64,000 nt of DNA from Felis catus (Eukaryota): the NCBI RefSeq assembly GCF_018350175.1, contig NC_058368.1:182778001-182842000 (forward strand). The letters are read 5' to 3'. How positions within the stretch are numbered: position 1 is the first letter of the stretch; every line of letters begins with the position of its first letter. This document shows positions 1 through 10,210 of the stretch, piece by piece. The position numbers and the translations under genes were made by a program. Below the pieces are notes generated by a model, which searched no databases, had not been told where the DNA came from, and was given only the letters and a program-made list of their open reading frames with translations.

Positions 1-746
1 TAAAAAAAAAAGTATGGAGATCCCTCAAAAAATTAAAAACACAAATACCTTAAGATCCACCAATCTTATTTCTGGGTATATATTCAACAGAATTGATATC
101 AGGATCTTAAAGATATAGCTACACTCCCCTGTACACTACAGCATTATCCACAGTAGGCAAGACATGAAAACAATGTAAATTTCATGGATGGGTAAATAAA
201 AAAAAGAAAATGTACTATGCACATACAATGAAATCTGATTCAACCTTAAAGATCCAAAGCAAGTTTCTGCTATATGTGACAACATAGAATCTGCAGCATA
301 TTATGTAAAGTGAAACAAGCCAGTCACAAGACAAATACTTCATGATTCCACTTACATGAGAAATAAAAAGTAATCAAACTCATAGAAAGAAAGAATAGGC
401 ATGGTGTTTGCCAGGAAATGGGAGGAGACAGGATTGAGGATGTGCTGTTCAAAGTGTATTTGTAGTTATGCATGATGAACAGAGACGTGCCGTTCAGCAT
501 TGTTTTGACGGGTAACAAAACCATATTGTGCCCTTAAGAATTGGTTGAGGATAGGGGTGTCTGAGTGGCTCAGTTGGTTAAGCATCTGACTCCCAATTTC
601 AGCTCAAATCATGATCTCATGGTTCCTGGGATTAAGGCTCTGTGCTGACAGGTCAGAGCCTGCTTAGGATTCTCTCTCTCCCTCTCTCTCTCTGACTCTT
701 CCCCACTTGTGCATGAACACACACACACTCTAAGTAAGTAAGTAAG

Positions 747-797
<51 letters not shown>

Positions 798-848
798 AGT
801 TTAAAAAATGTGTTGATGATAGCTGTCATGTTAAATGTTTCTACCACA
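1..848 (+). mobile_element. L1 3' end fragment (L1MA-like), interrupted by a SINE at 554-805
   Basis: Typical L1 3' motifs: AGTATGGAGATCCCTCAAAAAATTAAAAAC, TTCTGGGTATATATTCAA, AAGCCAGTCACAAGAC...TACTTCATGATTCCACTTACATGAG; ends GTCATGTTAAATGTTTCTACCACA. Confidence 0.85.
554..805 (+). mobile_element. CanSINE (tRNA-derived carnivore SINE)
   Basis: GGGGTGTCTGAGTGGCTCAGTTGGTTAAG head, CT tract, (TAAG)n(TAAA)n tail. Confidence 0.95.
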
Positions 849-966
849 GAGAAGGAGAAGGAGAAAGAGAAAGAGAAGAAGAAGAAAAAGGGAGAGAGGA
901 GGAGGAAGAAGAGGAGGAGAGAGACGGGAGGGAGGAGGAGGAGTAGGAGGAGAGGAAGAAGTAGAA
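848..966 (+). repeat. Polypurine GAA/GGA low-complexity tract, probably derived from the L1 tail
   Basis: Almost pure A/G run directly after the L1 3' end. Confidence 0.9.
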
Positions 967-2800
967 ATCCTTAAGAGGCAGAGAGGTGCAATAGAGGAAA
1001 AAGTCATATCCTCTCCTTCTACTCCAGATTCCTGGGAATCCTTGCGGTAGAGGGACTATGTGCACTTGTAGGTTGGTGGTTTGTTCTATGTCACTCAAGT
1101 ATCAGAGGCCTTGTGGGAAACATTGAGGAAGAGTGATCCTGCATCCAAACAGAAGGGAGAAAAAAAATCTAATGTAGCTCTTGAACTTGGAGGATCTGAC
1201 TCAACACTAACATATATACAAATAAGACTAGCTGAATGAGCCAAGCACTATTTTTTTTAACTGTGAGCATTTCCATCATTATACTCAGCAAATTGTTGGG
1301 TAAACTGTATTACATCTTTAGCTTTCTGTAATTATAGTATTACTCTTATGTACTTCTGAATTCCATAGCAATTTATTTCTAGAAATGCTTTGTAAATTAA
1401 TGTGATGCTAAGTAGGATGTAAGTTCAGAAAAGACTCCTTAGATTTCTAAAATGAAAATTCAACTCTTCTGAAACCAAAGCCTGTCTTTTAAGCAAACAA
1501 AGCAAGTAGACACCAACCTGGGTAAATATGAGGGCTAACAGATGGCTCCTGTTCTATATGAAATGTTTTCCTCACAGAAATCTGCATTTTTAATATGAGA
1601 TCCTCCTTGCCAAACCTGGAGGATCAAGTGGAGGGAGAAGACAACTGAGGTTTATCTCTAGAAATCCATTTAACATATTGTGACCCAGGACCTGGAACAA
1701 CATGGGTGGGGGACAGGGGGATTTATTTCAGTAATACTTCTATACATTTTTTTGTTGTCAGATTAGCTAGTGATAATACTGGAAAAGAGAGAACAATGAG
1801 AGATAAAGGGTTGGCAAATTTTTGTTGTTTCCATCCTGAAGGTTAGAAGGAAGGAGAAAGGAAAGGAAGACAGGAGAAAGGAAATGTCTGATCATACTGT
1901 CTAGAAGAGAAGAACTATCATAAATGAATTGTACCTGTATCAAAACTACACTTTAATCACCACCTAGGGCAAGGTGATGAAGGTAGCAGATATATTTTTA
2001 AAAGCACAAAATATTCCTAAAGCAACACAAAGAGGAAGACGAATAAACAGTATATTATTTGACTTCGAGAAGTTGTTCATGCATATTTATGCTCCTTTAA
2101 GTCTTCCAAATGAGTAAATAACAGGCAGTTTTATAGTAATTATTGGATTCCAATATTTATAGAAAACTGACCACCATGAATACATAATTATTCTATTATG
2201 TCCACTCTAATAAATAGAAAGACTATTTATTCATTTACCACGACACAAAAAAAATTGTTTTCTTCCTTGCCGTACAGAAGTCAACCAAAACACTTGGTGA
2301 CAAAACATGTGGGTTGAATTTCTATCTTAGCAAAATTATATCTGTATAAGATGAATATAGTTAATTTTGATTAAAGTATACAGAAAAGCATAATCTGCTT
2401 CCTTAACAACTAAACCATATTTGGCTTAAAATGGAAGGATTTAGTAAAGTAACTTTATGGACATAAATACACTTATTATTCTCACAGACTTCGCTCAGAG
2501 AATCTGAGTATTTGCAACAATATTTACCCAGGTCTTTATAAGAGTAATTGAATATTTGATTGGGTCATTTATTCTTGATGGAGTGATGGGAATATTGTGA
2601 TTACTATCTTGAGTAGTAATTGGAAAACTTTAACAAAACATGTAATAAGAATTATTTTTCTTAGATTATTTTATCAAAATGAGATAAAATAATGGAGTCA
2701 TTTTTATACATTACTTCAAAATTAAAATTGATGCGTATGTATTTGTTAAAACAAAACAAAACAGAACATGATTCATAATTTTGAGGGGAAAGAATGTTCT

Positions 2801-2874
2801 AGTTATTTATGTCACATATAGTAAAATTGGCAAATGGAGATTTTAGAAAAGCTGAATAAAACAATTCACACATT
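2801..2874 (+). repeat. 74-bp dispersed duplication, copy 1
   Basis: 70/74 identical to 4449-4522 by eye. Confidence 0.95.
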
Positions 2875-2889
2875 TTTTCTTAGTATGTC

Positions 2890-3110
2890 AACAACTAACT
2901 ACTGACACTCACACATCACTTGCTGTGTGCCACTGTTCTTAGTGCCTTACATACATTAATTCACTTAATGCTAGGATGCAGACTTCAGGATTACATTTAT
3001 GTTTAGGTAAAGACACTGAGTCACAGGGTAACTACCCTATGCCACATGGCTGAACTAAAATTCAGGCCTCTGCAGACTAGTCTAGAGTCTGAGTGCTTAA
3101 CCGCTATGCT
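2890..3110 (-). mobile_element. MIR fragment
   Basis: ACTTGCTGTGTGCCACTGTTCTTAGTGC...ACACTGAGTCACAGGGTAACTACCCTATGCCACATGGC...GTGCTTAACCGCTATGCT resembles the antisense MIR core. Confidence 0.7.
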
Positions 3111-3324
3111 ATAGCACTTTTCACAGCACAGTTTCAGTTGATCAAAGATTAAGCAGAAGGCAGAAATGGAACCAGAAGTGGCCCATAAGATAGAACAACT
3201 CCACACTAGTTCCAAATGGGAAAACAGACGTTTATGACAACCCTCAAACATACAAATTTCTATTAAAATTCCTTGACATGGTATTCTTCTTCCACTGTAA
3301 TCTTTAGTATAAAATAAGCTTCTA

Positions 3325-3460
3325 AATACTATTATTAGCTCTATTTTACATATAAAGAAAGTAAGCTTCAAGATGGTTAGTCAATTTGCCCAAGATTACA
3401 AAGTGCCAGAGCTCAGGTTTAAAACATGACGACAGATCAGTGAATACTCTTAACCATGAT
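3325..3460 (-). mobile_element. MIR fragment
   Basis: CTATTTTACATATAAAGAAAGTAAG...GGTTAGTCAATTTGCCCAAGATTACA...CTCTTAACCA. Confidence 0.65.
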
Positions 3461-4448
3461 AATACACACTTTTTTTGCAAATAATTTCATCTTTCTGATC
3501 CTTGGTTTCTCCTCAATGTGTGGAAAATACTAATTTAGAGTATCTCAATATTTCAGGATGACATTTCCATGGTTACAAATGTCATGTATTTAATGGCCAC
3601 ATGGAGCAGTTAGTTTTGTGGGGATCTTGCAAAGGCATGTCCTCAGTTACAAGGGAGGAGTGTACAAATGGACTTACTAATCAAACTCATTTTTACCAGA
3701 TTACCTATTTGAAATGCACCTTTCCCAATAAGAATGGTACATAAAAATTAAGAGCCCAAAGAACTGAGCCATGACATAGTTTTTAAATCTCATATTTATT
3801 TATCCAAATAGAAAATATTGATCTTTTGAAAATATAATTTCCTTAAATACATTTAAAATCTAATTAACATTATATCTTATTAGAGATAGCTGTGATCTAG
3901 AAGATCAGCATTCTACCAAGGTTTAGATGCTTATTTGGTGATTGTAGAGCTTAAAGATTTTGATCTAAAGAATTAACCTTTGATTCGATGCACGAAACAT
4001 CTTTTTTTTCTCTCTGTCCCATCTTAAACCTCTTACAATCTTTTATATGCTTTTGAAAGAAAAAAATCATTGAAAATAATGAAATATTCCTGGAGTAGTA
4101 TGGTGAGTCAAGAATGAGGACTTTTCTTTTTTCCAAAGTCAATACGAAATGTGCTGAACTCCTTAGAGAAAACAACTGCCTAAAAGCAAGGGCTATTATA
4201 TCTTTAAGCATATAATTTACTTTATAAATATATACAATGCATATTCACCATCCTATGGGAATGAAACTAAACACATACACTAGGGAATTTTGTTTCATTT
4301 CAGCAGAAACGTGGAATATTTATATGTATTCAAATTATTCATTACAAAAAGGTCTCCAAATAAGACTAGAAACACATATAATTCTTACAGTCAACAGTGA
4401 TGAAAGCATTCCAATGCACATTCTTTGATAAATGGTGCCAAAAGTTTC

Positions 4449-4522
4449 AGTTATTTGTCTCACATATAGTAAAATTGGCAAGTAGAGATTTTAGAAAAGC
4501 TGAATAAAACAATTCACACATT
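4449..4522 (+). repeat. 74-bp dispersed duplication, copy 2
   Basis: 70/74 identical to 2801-2874. Confidence 0.95.
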
Positions 4523-4999
4523 GTCTTAAATACCTTTGCACTTGTGCAGTTTGCTTATTCATCTGATGTATTTCTCTACTTATACATGCGTAAGGACAAT
4601 CTCCACTTCTTTCTTTTTTAATATTACACCTTTTCATTTAAATATACAGAGCTATAGAGTCATCCTCCCTATTTCTAGAGGATCAGTCATAATCACAGAC
4701 TCAAATATTGCTAAGTTTCATGAAACAAGGAGAATCACGAGGTCTTGTTGTTTAACCATACTGAACCGGTGAAATCCTGCTGAGGAAAGTCAATATGACG
4801 TCACATTCAGTAATGTTCTAAAAATGTGATTAACATATTGGTAAAACCCATAATTCACTACTTATGTTGGCCACAGAAAAAGAATTACCCTTGAGAAAGA
4901 AAGAAAAAAAAAAGATATGTGAGATGCAAAGTGTTTAGTCCTGTCTTCTTTAGTAAGTCTATGAATTTAAAAGAGATAAAAATTATATTATCATTGGTA

Positions 5000-5245
5000 A
5001 TAAGACTAAAATTTAAGGGCTTATTATATATCAGGGCTTGTGTTAAGACCTTTAAATGTATAATATAATTACATTTAATCCTTACAATGACCCAGTGAGG
5101 TATCTGCTCTTATGGAGAGAAACATTTATAAAAAATAAAACAAAAACTGAAGTAAATTGGGCAATTTGTCTATGGTCTCATGATTTTCATCAAAAGAGTT
5201 GTGATTAAAATTCAAATCTTTCTGGCTCTAAAATCTAAGCTCTCA
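5000..5245 (-). mobile_element. MIR fragment
   Basis: CATTTAATCCTTACAATGACCCAGTGAGGTA and degenerate downstream core. Confidence 0.6.
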
Positions 5246-5986
5246 TTCTAACTTTGTTTTAGTTAATAACCATGCAGGTAAATTAAATTAAGTCTTTTAT
5301 GACTAATCAGTGTTTCATAAGATATAGTGAGCTATCACAAATAGAAAGGAGTGACAGGTTCAAGTTATTGTCCTTCAATCAAATGTAGTTATTTGAAAAG
5401 AGTTTAGTGATATAAGGCTGTATATGATTAAGCATAAAACTGAGTGATAAAATAAGCAGTATGGACTTAAAAAAATAGTATATGGAGCATACTGACTTAT
5501 TTAGTTGAGAGGGGATTGTGTTATTATTCTAATATATCAGTTATAACTCACATATCCATCGAGAAATCTCATATTTAAAAATGGATTAATAGTATATTGG
5601 AAGGGGCAGAAAATTTTTAAACTGTCCTTCCACTGCATTTCAGTGGTGATACTCATCATAGCATAGAATGTTTTTAAATAACTAATAATATGCCTAGTCA
5701 GTTAAAAAATTTAGAATTTCTTTATTTAAAAAAAAACAAAAACATTATTTTGATGCTGAAACATTAGGATATCTCACCTATCATATACTCCCTGTCCCCA
5801 AGCAAGGCTATATATCATAAAAGGTAACATATGTGTTATTTGACTGGGCCTTACTGACGGGTGACTTGAATAATAGGACCAAGAACTGAAGGAAGCAGAG
5901 TGTTACTTAAAAAGTGAATCACATGGCTAAAAACAGGTACATTTCAAAAAGCTTAGAAGGAAGATGGGGACTGAGGCATCTCTAAA

Positions 5987-6173
<187 letters not shown>

Positions 6174-7311
6174 GGGACCTTACACAAAACAATGAACAAA
6201 TGCATGCAAAGAACTAGATACCTCAATTCTCTGCACCTGAAATCCCATCATTTCCCCTGTCCCACCCACAAGGAGACTAATGATGGTGATTGTCTTCATT
6301 CCAACAGGATTGAAAGATTTAATAAATAAAACTTCAGGATGCTAAACTTTTCATTTCAGGTAAGTAACAAATACAAGATTGTGTAAAATTATCATAAGTG
6401 TGTCCCATGCCTTACATTTTTGTTGTAAATGGAAATTAAACAACAACATTAAAATAATAAAATCAAAATTACTTGTTGTTTATCTGAAATTCTCATTTAA
6501 CTGCGTGTCCTATATTTTATCATTCAAGCCTGTAGTCCAATGCCCTGCCCATTTCACCCCTTGGTTTTGCTAAATGTCTCCAATGCCCTTTGCCACACTT
6601 TCTTCTATGTTATACTGAAAGCATGTTGGCAATGAAAGAAGAAAACTTTGAGAAACGATTTTTGAGTTTAGGATAGTTTTATAAAACCTCATTCTGAGTT
6701 AGGCTTGACATTTAATTACTTGTGGATAAAAATGAATACAAATTTAAAAACATAATAATAAAGAGCAGACCTGAATTGAATGATAGAGTATAGAAGGCTG
6801 TAAAAGCTCTAAGATGCAAGTTTATTTAGGCAGATTTTCATGTAGAGGGTACACAATGTTATCACAAATTCCCTTCTCGACTGAAGTAAAATGAAAGGAA
6901 GGAAGCAAAGAAGGTAGGCAGCAGGGAAGAAAGTAAAGAAGGAAAGAATGACAGAAGGAAAGAAGGAGAGAAGAAACAAATGAATTGAGAATAAATGTTG
7001 AATTTGGAAAGGTATTTACTGATAATCTTATAGAGCAGCATTCTCCAATAAAAATATAACGCAAGTCACAACTGTAAGTTTCAATTTTATATTCATCACA
7101 TGAATAAAAAAAAGAAATAGGTAAAATAGTTTTTATTAGTATCTTATTTAGCTTAATATATCCAAAATATTATTATTTTAATATGTCATCAATATAAAAA
7201 TTATTAATCAACAATTTACCTTTTTTGGTACAAACTGTTAAAAAATGCAATGTGTTTTTTATACTAACTTTATATGTAAGTTTAAACTAAGCTTCATTTA
7301 AAGTGGTTAGA

Positions 7312-7542
7312 GGGGCGCCTGGGTGGCGCAGTCAGTTAAGCGTCCGACTTCAGCCAGGTCACGATCTCGCGGTCCGTGAGTTCGAGCCCCGCGAGGGGCT
7401 CTGGGCTGGTGGCTCGGAGCTTGGAGCCTACTTCCGATTCTGTGTCTCCCTCTCTCTGTCTGCCCCTCCCTCATTCATGCTCTGTCTCTCTCCGTCTCAA
7501 AAATAAATAAACGTTTACAAAAAATTTAATAATCAAAAATGT
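7312..7542 (+). mobile_element. Young felid CanSINE (SINEC_Fc-like), monomer 1 of tandem pair plus short linker
   Basis: GGGGCGCCTGGGTGGCGCAGTCAGTTAAGCGTCCGACTTCAGCCAGGTCACGATCTCGCGG; CpGs retained. Confidence 0.97.
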
Positions 7543-7756
7543 GGAGCGCCTGGGTGGCGCAGTCGGTTAAGCGTCCGACTTCAGCCAGGTCACGATCTCG
7601 CGGTCCGGGAGTTCGAGCCCCGCGTCAGGCTCTGGGCTGATGGCTCAGAGCCTGGAGCCTGTTTCCAATTCTGTGTCTCCCTCTCTCTCTGCCCCTCCCC
7701 CGTTCATGCTATGTCTCTCTCTGTCCCAAAAATAAATAAAAACATTTAAAAAAAAA
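7543..7756 (+). mobile_element. Young felid CanSINE, monomer 2 of tandem pair
   Basis: Same subfamily diagnostics; followed by ATTTAAAGTGGTTAGA (7757-7772), identical to 7296-7311. Confidence 0.97.
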
Positions 7757-7895
7757 ATTTAAAGTGGTTAGATAGCCATGGGAGGCTAGTGGTTACCCTA
7801 TCAGACAGTGCAGCTCTAGAGAAACATTATTGTAACTGGAGATAAAATTGATACATAGGAGACTAAAAGTGGTGGGGAATGAAAGACAGTTTTTG

Positions 7896-7959
7896 TTTTT
7901 TTTTAAAGTAGAGAATCTAATAAGAGCTTTTTTTTTAAAGTAGAGAATCTAATAAGAGC
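7896..7959 (+). repeat. Perfect 32-bp tandem duplication
   Basis: 2 x T9-AAAGTAGAGAATCTAATAAGAGC. Confidence 0.97.
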
Positions 7960-8039
7960 TTTTAACAAATAGACATCAATGAGATTTATAATTCTGATAT
8001 TTCAGAAGCAACTTTTTGCCATAAGGAATAACACCAAAA

Positions 8040-8320
8040 ATGAACAACTATGTACAGTGACTAGAAGGACATAAATGTCCTGAGAAGAACATTTGCCATT
8101 TGCTTTTTACTTATTAGATTGGCAAAAAATAAGAAATATGACTGGTTAGGCTGTGGGTCCACCTGAGCTCATATACATATTGTAAATGAGAATGAAAACT
8201 GATGCCATCACTTTGAAAAATAATTGGATATGATTTTAAAAATTTAAAGATACTCATACTATAAGGCCCAGTAATCTCATCATTAAAATAGGTCACTGCA
8301 CCTTTTACAGATTGCTCCTT
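8040..8320 (+). mobile_element. Ancient L1 (L1M-type) fragment
   Basis: ATTAGATTGGCAAAAAATAAG...CTCATATAC...TGAGAATGAAAACTGATGCCATCACTTTGAAAA resembles L1 ORF2 3' region. Confidence 0.6.
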
Positions 8321-8606
8321 GGACAATTTATTTTGCTAGATCAGCTCTCTCTTTTCCTTCAAAAACTTTAAGCACAAATGCCTTCTCTCTACCTCTGTTC
8401 ATGTTGTTCCTTATCATTTCTTTGCTTTTTTTTCCCCTTTTATTCCCTTTCTCTATGCTCAAATCCTATGCATACATAAGTCAATTTAGTCCATAAAAGA
8501 AGTATTCATTCATTCAAAACTATGTAATGCTTAGCCACTATGTGTGTCACATGATTGCAGCAAAACAGTAGACAGAATAAACATGTCTCCTACCCCTGTG
8601 CCTTTT

Positions 8607-8714
<108 letters not shown>

Positions 8715-9499
8715 CTCTCCTATTCTACATTCGTGGTTTCCATACATATGGCCTATGTTTGACTTATCGCTTAATGATGCTCTGTTGGTAGCCAAGCACC
8801 TCACTATGCTATTAATAGGGCATGAATAAATGCTACCAGCTGAACAGACATACACAGTCATCAGCTGCTAAATGCCTTTCTCCTGTATTGCTAAGATTGT
8901 AATGCCCCAAGGTGATTTTGAGCTGGAACTCCTCTAACATCTACACCATCCTCTTCCCTGCACAAAAGCCTGATTGCTCCCCCGTCTTTCTCTATATTGA
9001 CTAATTTGGAGGACGTGGGCATTTTTCATAAGAAATCACTGTGACACTTACATAGACCTTGCGAATCTGAAGGCAGATTATAAATCAAGGGTGGGGACAA
9101 GCCACTTCCAGTCAGTGTAAATATGGAGAGAAAACATATTGTTTATGCTACTTGATTAACAGCAACATTTTAAAAATGCAGAGGGTAAAAATAATTGAAG
9201 TTTTTCTTGGTTACAGCAGTACCTTCTTCTATGCAATTCTCTGAATTTCTAATCATTTATACAGGATTTTTTTTAACTAGTAGTGTTTTTTCTAGAAGAT
9301 TGTCAAGCTCTCATTCCATGGTAGTAAAACCTGTTTTTCAGAAAGTTGATGCTAATTTACACATACACACTGGTTGTCTGTGAGAGTGCTTATGTCTCCC
9401 AAAACACAGAGAGATAATTTTCATCTTTTTAGAATGTTGGTTATGTTATACAGCAAAAAGCAAAAAAAGAAAAAGAAACCATACCAAAAATAAGGGCAC

Positions 9500-10210
9500 T
9501 TTTATGTTTTTTTAAAAAATTTATTCCCTTATAACTGAAGTTCAACTATTTTCATATGCTTATTTTTCTTTTGTAGTTCTTACACTTTGAAATTTCCTTA
9601 CCACTATTGACCATTAAAAAAAAAAGACCTGAGTGTTTTAAAAATTCTTTAACTTCTATACCTTTGAAAAGTACTTCCCCAGTTTTTTTATTTATCATTT
9701 TTATTTCGCTAATAATGACTTTTTCATGTATAAACGTTTGTAAATCTTAATTCAAGTATATTGATCTTTCCCTTGGTGATTGTCTCTGTTGCTTTCATAC
9801 TTTAAAAGTTTGTTTATGCTTAGAAGTCCACAGATCACAAAAAGTAATTATCCAAATTGTCATTACGTTATAAGATTTTAGCTTTAAATTTACCCTACAT
9901 TGACTTTCCATTAATCTATGATTTTAGCTTCTATGTTTCCCTCTTGAATTTATTTTGGTGTATGATGTGAAATAAGGATATAAATTATTGTCCCCTCTTA
10001 AAAATACTCAATATGTTCAACTCTTATTTATTAAGTAATCCTTCTTTTGTGGAGGATTGTGGTATTTTCTTAATTCTATGCATTGAATTTATATGCATGC
10101 AATTACACATATGTTTCTGATGGTTCTCTTCATTCTTATTTATCTGTCTGGATATTTTTGTGCATACGGCTGTTTAATGTATTGTGTCCTTCTAATATGT
10201 TCCAAAATTT
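9500..10210 (-). mobile_element. Highly diverged antisense L1 fragment
   Basis: T-rich with CTTGAATTTATTTTGGTGTATGATGTGAAATAAGGAT, typical of antisense L1 ORF2. Confidence 0.55.

Larger units (their letters stand above)
7036..7813 (+). mobile_element. MER33-like hAT/Charlie MITE, split by a SINE dimer
   Basis: Left end CAGCATTCTCCAATAAAAATATAACGCAAGTCACA; right end GCTAGTGGTTACCCTATCAGACAGTGCAG; 8-bp flanks TTATAGAG / CTCTAGAG fit the hAT target preference. Confidence 0.8.

Noticed and set aside
835..1098. Arg/Gly/Glu-rich and Ser-rich ORFs
   Set aside because: Translations of a polypurine tract
2801..4522. Novel LTR element bounded by 74-bp repeats
   Set aside because: No TG…CA ends, PBS or TSD, and the interior holds ancient MIRs typical of ordinary host DNA
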